DNA of 64,000 bases from Candidatus Levyibacteriota bacterium (GTDB taxonomy: Bacteria; Patescibacteriota; Microgenomatia; Levybacterales; UBA12049), in the NCBI GenBank assembly GCA_963716145.1, contig OY970292.1:268104-332103 (forward strand). The letters run 5' to 3'. Positions 40,561 to 48,144 of this stretch are shown here, piece after piece. How positions within the stretch are numbered: the first letter of the stretch is position 1; every line of letters begins with the position of its first letter. Below the pieces are notes generated by a model. It had not been told where the DNA came from. It saw nothing but the letters and a program-made list of their open reading frames with translations, and searched no databases. The position numbers and the translations under genes were made by a program.

Positions 40561-40597
40561 TGGTTTTAGGATTAAAAATCAAAAGGAGGTAAAAATT

Positions 40598-41377
40598 ATG
40601 GGAGTTAGACAAGAAACAAACGAAAGAGGAGAAAGATTTAGAATCAAGGAAGGAGACCATACATGGCGCAGATTTGCTGCAAAAGCCATAAATGATTTGA
40701 GTCCTGATTCAGTCACTGTTAAGCGAGGAGAAAAAGGACAGCTTAGAATTGCGCACGCAGACAATAATCCTTTTGGAGCCTTTGTGCGTACAGCATATTA
40801 CCTTGATATTTCGTTGGAGGGTATTTATCCGGGTACTGGCGAGGAAGGAAGGGGATTTAACCGTGAGAGAGAGGCAGTAGTTAAAAAAATATTAGCACCA
40901 ATTTTCCGTGAGCATAGGACAAATGCAAATGAGCCTGGTAATCAAAGGGTAACGTGGCCTGATCCACAACACAATACATGGGAAAGTTTTGCAGCAACCG
41001 TAGTGAATGAAAAATATCCAAGATCAGTAACATTAACAGGGGAAAGACAATTTGGTCAATTGGGAGTCTTTGCCGCGCCAGATAGCCCATACAGGCTATT
41101 TGAAAGGACAGCGAGGTATACAGCTTCCTCGCTGGAAGATGTTATTCCAGATGCAGATAAACGTGTTGCCACAACGCAAGCCATATTAAGACCCATTTTT
41201 TCAACTCATATGGAGAAGCAAGAGGCTGAAAAAACAACGGAAATTGGCGGCGTAGTATATAGGAGAGTTACGGTCAGACCAGCAAGAGGCGCGGATTCGA
41301 TTAGGAGGGAATTGAGAATTAAACCAAAAGTGGGTAGAACAAGAGTAGAATATGTAGGAAACGGAAGAATAAGATAA
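40598..41377 (+). CDS. Orphan protein with two tandem repeats of about 80 aa
   Basis: SD AAGGAGGT at 40583-40590; TWxxFAAxxxN..P.SVT...GQL...F.RTA.Y...SLE...IL.PIF..H twice. Confidence 0.8.
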   Translation: MGVRQETNERGERFRIKEGDHTWRRFAAKAINDLSPDSVTVKRGEKGQLRIAHADNNPFGAFVRTAYYLDISLEGIYPGTGEEGRGFNREREAVVKKILAPIFREHRTNANEPGNQRVTWPDPQHNTWESFAATVVNEKYPRSVTLTGERQFGQLGVFAAPDSPYRLFERTARYTASSLEDVIPDADKRVATTQAILRPIFSTHMEKQEAEKTTEIGGVVYRRVTVRPARGADSIRRELRIKPKVGRTRVEYVGNGRIR

Positions 41378-41387
41378 ATCAATTAAT

Positions 41388-41435
41388 ATGAAAAAAGTAA
41401 TTTACAGTTTGGTAGTACTCCTCATAGCCCCTTAA
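41388..41435 (+). CDS. Leader peptide MKKVIYSLVVLLIAP (Ile/Val/Leu-rich)
   Basis: 8 of 15 codons are branched-chain; followed by GGCGGG/CCCGCC antiterminator and a hairpin + T6 (41455-41498). Confidence 0.72.
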   Translation: MKKVIYSLVVLLIAP

Positions 41436-41503
41436 CGGCGGGGGTACGACGTAGTGGATTGAATCACCCGCCAACAGGGTGGGAAGAATCCATTTTTTGC
41501 AAA

Positions 41504-41634
41504 TTGACATTCCCTAGGCCGATTTGCTATCATTCAATTAATGGTAGCGCAAAAATTTATTATTGAGATTATTATTGCTCCTTAGGGAGGGTTTCTAGGC
41601 ACGCGCTTTGAACCTCCCCAACGGGAGTTTTTTT
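41504..41634 (+). promoter_or_regulatory. Promoter plus Ile-sensing attenuator of ilvA
   Basis: TTGACA-18-TATCAT (extended TG); antiterminator GGGAGG/CCTCCC; terminator CTCCC-CAAC-GGGAG + T7. Confidence 0.88.
41541..41585 (+). CDS. Leader peptide MVAQKFIIEIIIAP (five ATT Ile codons)
   Basis: Leaderless start 7 nt after the -10 box; precedes threonine dehydratase. Confidence 0.88.
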   Translation: MVAQKFIIEIIIAP

Positions 41635-41747
41635 GTATACAAAAATTATTTATAAATAGTATACAATCCGCCAAGAGTGCTCCTTGAGCCGTGTTCGAAT
41701 AGAACTGAAAAGGCGAAAGGTAAACGACGGCGGATGTGAATTTAAAT

Positions 41748-43015
41748 ATGGACAAAGTAACAGTCAAAACAATAGACGAGGCGGAAAAAGTGCTTGAAAA
41801 TGTGATACGCAAAACGCCGCTTCAGTATAACAAACGGCTTTCCGATTTATATGGGCCAAAATATACTTTAAACGCGAAGATCTGCAAGATGTCCGCTCAT
41901 ACAAAATAAGAGGCGCGTACAACCTGATGAATAGCCTAACGGCAAAAGAAAAATCAAAAGGCGTTGTGACAGCCAGCGCGGGAAACCATGCGCAGGGAGT
42001 AGCGATGAGTGCATATATTCTCAAGATAAAAGCTACAATTTTTATGCCTGTAATCACACCTCTTCAAAAAATTAATAAAGTAAAACATTTTGGAAAAGAA
42101 TGGATAACAGTAAAACTTGTGGGGCAGGTGTATGATGATGCCTCTAATGCTGCGCATCAGTATTGCGAAGAAAACAAACAAACATATGTTCACCCTTTCA
42201 ATGATCCGCGCACCATATCAGGGCAAGGGACAGTCGGAAAAGAGATTTTGGAACAACTGGAAGAAAAAAGCCTGCCAACCAAAGGAAAAGTTGATTTTGT
42301 TTTTTGCCCGATTGGCGGAGGCGGACTCATATCAGGAGCTGGCACTTACATCAAAACAAAATTCCCAGATGCAAAAATCATTGGAGTTGAGCCAAAAGGT
42401 GCTCCCGCAATGCTTGAGGCCTTCAAACAGAAAAAAGTAGTGACCCTCAAAAAGATAGACACTTTTGTCGACGGTGCAGCAATAACGACTGTTGGAGAAT
42501 TGAGCTTCAAGATTGCCTCAAAAGTCACTGACAAAATCGTGGTGAGCGATGAAGGGAAAGTCTGTGTAACTATGGTTGATCTTTACCAAAACGAGGGAAT
42601 AATCGCAGAACCCGCCGGAGCATTATCGATTTCAGCACTGGACGAATTTGCTAAAGAAATTAAAGGAAAAACTATAGTTTGTGTCTTGAGTGGGGGAAAT
42701 AATGATATTCTGCGTTATCCTGAGATAATGGAAAAGAGTCTGGTTTATAAAGGCTTGAAGCACTATTTTCTGATTGAGTTCGCTCAAAAACCCGGACAAT
42801 TAAGACAATTCCTCAATCACGCCCTGGGTCCGAGAGATGATATAGTTTTATTTGAATACATAAAAAGAAACTCCAGAGAAAAAGGACCGGCACTTATCGG
42901 GGTTGAGCTGAGTAAAAAAGAAGATCTTTCTCTTCTTCTTGACAACATGGACAAATTGCAGATACGCTATACAAAGATCACAGCAGACGACCCTCTTTAC
43001 GGGTTTGTGCTCTAA
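41748..43015 (+). CDS. ilvA: Threonine dehydratase (biosynthetic, short C-terminal regulatory domain); frameshift near 41854
   Basis: KTPLQ, KREDLQDVRSYKIRGAYN after restoring one G, SAGNHAQG, IGGGGL, LSGGNND. Confidence 0.93.
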
Positions 43016-43027
43016 TATTACTTCTAT

Positions 43028-43405
43028 ATGAAAATTATAAAAACAGATAATGCCCCAGCAGCAGTTGGCCCATATTCACAAGCAATTATAAGCAATGGTT
43101 TTGTTTTTTGCTCAGGTCAAATAGGACTAGATCCCAAAACAGGAGAGTTAAAGGGAGCGGATATAATTTCTCAGACAACTCAAATAATTTTTAATCTAAA
43201 ATCAGTGCTTGAGCAAGCAGGAAGTTCGCTGCAAAACGTTGTTAAAACTACTTGCTATCTAACTGATATTTCAGATTTCCAGAAATTCAATGATATTTAC
43301 GCAAAGCACTTCATATCCTCTCCTGCGCGGGCAACAGTTGAGGTATCTCATCTCCCAAAAGATGCTATAGTTGAGATCGAAGCGATCGCCGAAATCAATT
43401 CATGA
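43028..43405 (+). CDS. RidA/YjgF enamine deaminase
   Basis: APAAVGPYSQA, SGQIG, PARATVEV..LP; adjacent to ilvA, whose enamine by-product RidA removes. Confidence 0.93.
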   Translation: MKIIKTDNAPAAVGPYSQAIISNGFVFCSGQIGLDPKTGELKGADIISQTTQIIFNLKSVLEQAGSSLQNVVKTTCYLTDISDFQKFNDIYAKHFISSPARATVEVSHLPKDAIVEIEAIAEINS

Positions 43406-44484
43406 TCAATCAAGATAGACTGGTACAAACCTTCCTCGATCTGGTAAAGATAGACAGCCCCTCAGGTGATGAAAAAGAAATATCAAAATTTGTTGCGAAA
43501 AAATTAAAAAATTTAGGCGGAAAAGTTGTATTTGATAATTATGGAAACCTAATTGCGAAATTTGGAGGAATAGGCGAGTCCTTTATGCTCAACAGTCACT
43601 TGGATACCGTTGAGCCGGGACGCGGAATAAAACCAAAAATTCTAGGAGACAAAATAGTCTCATATGGAACGACAATACTTGGCGGGGACGCGAAAGCTGG
43701 CGTCGCGGTTATACTTGAAACGCTTGAATCGCTAAAAGAAGATCGTAGAAAGCCTGTCCCCATTGAAGTTGTACTTACGCTGGAGGAGGAGATAGGCTTG
43801 AAGGGGGCAGTAAATCTTGATTACTCCAAAATCCATTCAAAAATAGGAGTAACATTTGACGGAGATAAATCAGGCGTTGAAAATATTACTGTCTCAGCTC
43901 CGGGATATAACACAGTTGATGTTGAAATTATCGGTTGGGCTGCGCACGCCGGTTCTGAACCGGAGAAAGGAATTTCCGCAATTAAAATCGCCGCCGAAAT
44001 CATAACCCATCTTGAAGTTGGAAGGATTGATCAAGAAACTACTGCCAATGTCGGGTTGATTGAAGGAGGTAGCGCGCGAAACACAGTCCCTGAGAATGTG
44101 CATTTTAAAGCTGAGATAAGAAGCCGCAGTCTTACAAAACTTGAAAAGCATTCCATACATTTTGAACAGGTTTTCAAAATGGTTTCAGCAAAATATCCTG
44201 CAGCTAAAATTAAGTTGAATATTCAACGGGAATTTGATCCATACTTTTTTGTGGAAACTCAAGACGTGATACAGCAAATTAGCAAAGCGCTTAAAAAGAT
44301 TGGGCTGAAACCAAAACTGGGATCAGCAGGCGGGTCATCTGATGTTAATATCTTTTACGCACACGGAATAGAAGCAGTATGCGTGGGTGGCATGTATTAC
44401 AATCCGCACACAACAAGGGAATATGTTAAAATTTCAGATTTGGTAAATGGAGCCCGATTTTGCGAAGAATTGGTCCTAAATTAG
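43402..44484 (+). CDS. M20/M25/M40 metallopeptidase (PepT-like)
   Basis: SHLDTV, LGGDAKAG, EEEIG, PHTTRE. Confidence 0.9.
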   Translation: MINQDRLVQTFLDLVKIDSPSGDEKEISKFVAKKLKNLGGKVVFDNYGNLIAKFGGIGESFMLNSHLDTVEPGRGIKPKILGDKIVSYGTTILGGDAKAGVAVILETLESLKEDRRKPVPIEVVLTLEEEIGLKGAVNLDYSKIHSKIGVTFDGDKSGVENITVSAPGYNTVDVEIIGWAAHAGSEPEKGISAIKIAAEIITHLEVGRIDQETTANVGLIEGGSARNTVPENVHFKAEIRSRSLTKLEKHSIHFEQVFKMVSAKYPAAKIKLNIQREFDPYFFVETQDVIQQISKALKKIGLKPKLGSAGGSSDVNIFYAHGIEAVCVGGMYYNPHTTREYVKISDLVNGARFCEELVLN

Positions 44485-44490
44485 ATTCTG

Positions 44491-44771
44491 TGGGCCCACG
44501 AGGAGTCGAACCTCGGTCCACCCCTGTCTCGCTTCGCTCGCAGGCGAACTCGACCTAAAGGTCTGCGTTCCTTTGCAATGTCAATGTAATTGTGGATCTA
44601 AGTGGATTCGAACCGCTGACCTCTTCAATGTCAATGAAGCGCTCTAACCAACTGAGCTATAGATCCAATTGCAACAAATAATTAACCAGCTGCCTGCCCC
44701 GTTATTCGCTCTTGCGATGCGAGGATGAAAACCTCGAGAGCAAGTAAGAATTTACGGGGAGCTATGAACCC
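44491..44771 (-). pseudogene. Interrupted tRNA-Val(GAC)-like remnant surrounding an intact tRNA-Val(GAC)
   Basis: 5' GGGTTCA-TA-GCTC...AGCTGGTTA; anticodon loop TTGACAT; T-arm CGAGG-TTCGACT-CCTCG; 3' TGGGCCC-A; separated by three insertions. Confidence 0.7.
44593..44666 (-). tRNA. tRNA-Val(GAC)
   Basis: Acceptor GGATCTA/TAGATCC; anticodon arm CTTCA-TTGACAT-TGAAG; GTTCGAATC. Confidence 0.95.
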
Positions 44772-44861
44772 TCTAATCCTCTCATTCTAACAAAATTTTG
44801 CCTTGAAAACAATCAACTCAGCACGCTTGACAGGCCTTTCTTCACCTCTTATACTATTTCT

Positions 44862-45092
44862 GTGGAGCAGCCTTACGAAAGATCAAGTCTCAAACTGTCC
44901 AAAAAACAAATTATCGTAAATAATTTTATTGGCGGGCTTTTTTGGGCGCTCGGAGCAACTGTGGGACTTGCGTTTATATTTACCCTCCTCAGCCTAATAA
45001 CAAAAAATATAAATCTCGTTCCCTATGTCGGATCATTTGTCTCTCAAATAATTGATTTCGTAATTTCACATAACCCCAATCTTCAAAAGTAA
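44862..45092 (+). CDS. DUF5665-like small membrane protein
   Basis: NNFIGGLFWALGATVG...VPYVG pattern. Confidence 0.7.
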   Translation: MEQPYERSSLKLSKKQIIVNNFIGGLFWALGATVGLAFIFTLLSLITKNINLVPYVGSFVSQIIDFVISHNPNLQK

Positions 45093-45136
45093 CTCCTATC
45101 TTTATATAAAACAATAATTCGGTTATAATCCAAAGT

Positions 45137-46355
45137 ATGGATAAAAATCAAATTAAAAGCCACCAGCAAATTAGCCAGGAGCAGGATCTGTATGTTATGT
45201 CTGAGCTTGTTGGCTCAGGCCTGCCACTATTGACACCCAAAGGGACTGTCCTTAGAAGAACTCTTCAAGCATACATAGATAATTTGTTGGAAAAACAGGG
45301 ATACCAATTTGTAACGATTCCGCACATCGCGCGAAAAACACTTTACGAAAAATCCGGACATTTAGAAAAATTTTCCGAGGATATGTTTCCGGTTATGAAG
45401 ACAAAGGACCGCGAATATATGCTCAAACCGGCAAACTGCCCCCATCATATAGAAATTTTCGCCAGAAAACCACATTCTTACCGCGAGATGCCTCAGCGTT
45501 ACGCTGAAAGCACCACGCAATACCGATCCGAGCAGTCAGGAGAACTTGAGGGGCTCGCAAGAGTCCTGGCTTTAACACTTGATGATTCCCATGTTTTTGC
45601 CACACTTGATCAAATAAAAGATGAATTTAGAAGAGCGTTGAATATCAATAAGCAAATGCTTGAGGATTTTAAATTGAATTACTGGATTAGACTATCAGCA
45701 TGGGATCCAAAAAAGAAGACAAGGTACCTGGGTGATGAGAAGGTATGGGAGGAGATGCAGAATTTAATGGAACAGATTCTCAAGGATTCTAAAATTAATT
45801 ATAAAAAGGTTGAGGGCGAAGCCGCTTTTTACGACCAAAATGGATCTTATTACAACAGACTCAAACGGAAAAGAATGGCAGGTGTCAACAATTCAGGTGG
45901 ACTTCAATTTACCTGAAAGATTTAACATATCGTATATTGACGCAGACGGAAAAGAAAAAAGGCCTATCATGCTTCACAGGGCAACTTTTGGATCATATGA
46001 GCGTTTCCTGGCAATGATTATTGAACATTTTCAAGGTGCATTTCCCACTTGGCTTGCGCCTGTTCAGATGACGCTTCTACCAATTGCCGATAGACATATT
46101 GAATTTGCTGAGCAAGTGAATAAACAACTACTAGATGCGGGGTTCCGCTCAGAGGTTGATACGCGCTCTGAACGGCTTCAGGCCAAAATCCGAGATGCTG
46201 CTTTACAAAAAGTACCATTTATGGGTATAATAGGGGATAAAGAAATTGATACCAAAGAGGTATCTGTTAGAATGCGCGGGGGAGAAGACTTAGGTTCCCT
46301 TACAAACGAATCCCTAATTAATAAGTTACAAGAAAACATTGATAAGAAAATATAA
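45137..46355 (+). CDS. thrS: Threonyl-tRNA synthetase lacking N-terminal TGS/editing domains; frameshift near 45835
   Basis: LKPANCPHH, YRSEQSGEL, AAFY(GPK)MD, MLHRA, WLAPVQ. Confidence 0.93.
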
Positions 46356-46905
46356 GCCAACTCAAAAGAAAATATATAGACTTAATCAGCGTATTTTCGC
46401 GTCGCCCTTGAGAGTACTGGACGCGGAAGGAAAATTGATTGGGGTACTAACAAAGTTTGAAGCACTGAAGCTTGCCCAGGAGCAGGAATTGGATTTGGTC
46501 GAAATTGCGCCAAAGGCACAGCCCCCGGTTGCAAAAATAGTAGATTTTAACAAATTTCTTTACCAACAGGAAAAAAAGAAAAAAGAGGAAAAGAAAAAAG
46601 CAAAAGTGAGTGAGACCAAGGAGCTAAGACTTGGTCCTTTTATGTCTGAGCATGATTTGCAAGTGGTAATTAGAAGAGGACGCGAATTCCTGGAAGAAGG
46701 ACACAAATTAAGATTGGTCTTAAAATTCAGAGGAAGACAAATCGTTCATCCTGAATTTGGACACAAGACAATTGGAAAACTGGTTGAATCATTAAAAGAT
46801 ATATCAAAAATAGATAGGGAGGCACATTTTGAAGGAAAACAATTAGTAGCACTTCTCTCAGCTGAGAAGGGAAAGAAAAAAGATGAAAACAAAACAGAAA
46901 GTTAG
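46339..46905 (+). CDS. infC: Translation initiation factor IF-3 (non-AUG start, TTG or ATA)
   Basis: LDLVEIAPKAQPPVAKIVD, KFRGRQ; no in-frame ATG near the 5' end. Confidence 0.93.
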   Translation: MIRKYKPTQKKIYRLNQRIFASPLRVLDAEGKLIGVLTKFEALKLAQEQELDLVEIAPKAQPPVAKIVDFNKFLYQQEKKKKEEKKKAKVSETKELRLGPFMSEHDLQVVIRRGREFLEEGHKLRLVLKFRGRQIVHPEFGHKTIGKLVESLKDISKIDREAHFEGKQLVALLSAEKGKKKDENKTES

Positions 46906-47083
46906 AGGATCTGTCAGTAAAAGATTTAAAGTGACCAAAACAGGCAAAGTAAAATTTGCCCATCAATTTGGCAGCCACAAAAAGCTGCATAAGTCCAAGT
47001 CCAGAATTAGGCGTCAAAAAGAACCGGGAACGCTAACAGGCGCATTTGCAAAGAAGGTAAAACAGATGTTGGCAGTAGCCTAG
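46883..47083 (+). CDS. rpmI: 50S ribosomal protein L35
   Basis: [11 protein letters not shown]; position between infC and rplT. Confidence 0.92.
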   Translation: MKTKQKVRGSVSKRFKVTKTGKVKFAHQFGSHKKLHKSKSRIRRQKEPGTLTGAFAKKVKQMLAVA

Positions 47084-47093
47084 AAAGGAAATT

Positions 47094-47444
47094 ATGGCAA
47101 GAATTAAAAGAGGAGTTGTATCAAAAAGAAAACATAATAAATTACTGGATCTGACCAAAGGCTTCAGGGGTACAAAAAGCACCCTGATCCGGGAAGCAAA
47201 AGCAGCCAGTCTTCACGCGGGTCAATACGCGTACAATGGGCGCAAGGAGAGAAAAAGCGACTTCCGCTCCCTTTGGATCATAAGGATAGGCGAGGCTGTC
47301 AAACAATACGGGCTTTCTTACAGTGTTTTTATCAATAAATTGAAAAAAGCCAATATTGAACTTGATAGAAAAATTTTAAGCAGCTTGGTGGTTGAGGATC
47401 CGGAAGCATTCAAACACGTCGTTAACTTAGCCAAAAAAATATAA
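47094..47444 (+). CDS. rplT: 50S ribosomal protein L20
   Basis: MARIKRG...FRSLWIIRI...LDRKIL. Confidence 0.96.
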   Translation: MARIKRGVVSKRKHNKLLDLTKGFRGTKSTLIREAKAASLHAGQYAYNGRKERKSDFRSLWIIRIGEAVKQYGLSYSVFINKLKKANIELDRKILSSLVVEDPEAFKHVVNLAKKI

Positions 47445-47445
47445 T

Positions 47446-47541
47446 ATGATTAACTCAGTGAAAAACTTACAATTAAATTGGTATTACTTTTACTTTACTT
47501 CTCGCAAAAGCGGGAGGTTGAGTTATGGTTTAAATAACTAA
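47446..47541 (+). CDS. Aromatic leader peptide MINSVKNLQLNWYYFYFTSRKSGRLSYGLNN
   Basis: Six consecutive aromatic codons TGG TAT TAC TTT TAC TTT; starts 1 nt after the rplT stop. Confidence 0.82.
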   Translation: MINSVKNLQLNWYYFYFTSRKSGRLSYGLNN

Positions 47542-47588
47542 AAAGAAATAAACCAAAACCCAATACCTCCCAAACGGGAGGTTTTTTT
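47497..47588 (+). promoter_or_regulatory. Aromatic amino-acid attenuator
   Basis: 1:2 ACTTCTCGC/GCGGGAGGT; 2:3 GGGAGGT/ACCTCCC; terminator ACCTCCC-AAAC-GGGAGGT + T-run. Confidence 0.85.
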
Positions 47589-47604
47589 ATGGGAAAAATA
47601 AAAT

Positions 47605-47976
47605 ATGAGAACACAAGAACTACAGCGCGACAGAATAGAAATATGGGAAAGAAGAAAATCTGCAAAACCCAGTGGCAAGGATGTTGTTACGGCTATGATA
47701 TTCCCGCTGCCATGGGGCGCTGGTGTTCATCAGTTTGAATCCCCTGCCGGGACAATAACCGTTGATATGAGCTTTGGAAGAATAAATCCGGCAAATGAAA
47801 CTCAACAAGTCGTCGTAAAAGGACCTCGGAGTGGCGGGACGATTGTAATGGATCTTATAAATGGAAAGGGAAGAGCAATGCCTAGCCCTGGTGTTGAAGT
47901 GGTTTTTGACGCGTCCCGGCTTACAAGCGCGTTGGATGCGGACAATATGCGCTCAAAATCTAGGCGAGGCTGGTAG
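47605..47976 (+). CDS. Orphan 123-aa protein
   Basis: ORF fills the space between two attenuators; no recognisable motif. Confidence 0.7.
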   Translation: MRTQELQRDRIEIWERRKSAKPSGKDVVTAMIFPLPWGAGVHQFESPAGTITVDMSFGRINPANETQQVVVKGPRSGGTIVMDLINGKGRAMPSPGVEVVFDASRLTSALDADNMRSKSRRGW

Positions 47977-47991
47977 TCAAATATATTTTTG

Positions 47992-48133
47992 TTGACTAGC
48001 ATAAAAAAGTCTGATATACTATATCCAGATGAAGAATCTTATTAAAACAAACGCATTTTACTTTACCTTCGCTAAGCGGGGGTAGGTTTTTGCGTAAAAA
48101 CAAAAATGCACCTCCGGAAACGGAGGTTTTTTT
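47992..48133 (+). promoter_or_regulatory. Promoter plus Phe-sensing attenuator
   Basis: TTGACT-17-TATACT (extended TG); 1:2 TACCTTCGC/GCGGGGGTA; 2:3 CGGGGGT/ACCTCCG; terminator ACCTCCG-GAAA-CGGAGGT + T-run. Confidence 0.88.
48029..48085 (+). CDS. Leader peptide MKNLIKTNAFYFTFAKRG (Phe-rich)
   Basis: F-Y-F-T-F cluster; precedes the prephenate-dehydratase-like gene. Confidence 0.85.
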   Translation: MKNLIKTNAFYFTFAKRG

Positions 48134-48144
48134 ATGGAAAAAAT

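Noticed and set aside
41666-41735. ppGpp (ykkC 2a) riboswitch or T-box upstream of ilvA
   Set aside because: No AGGGUUCCG core and no T-box UGGNACC bulge; kept only as an unknown structure
26041-44771. Prophage or integrative element at the tRNA genes
   Set aside because: No integrase, transposase or phage genes; the extra tRNA-Val 3' end differs in sequence from the intact copy, so it is not an att duplication
48106-48144. ORF-track start of the PheA-like gene at 48106
   Set aside because: It overlaps the attenuator terminator; ATG 48145 is the plausible start
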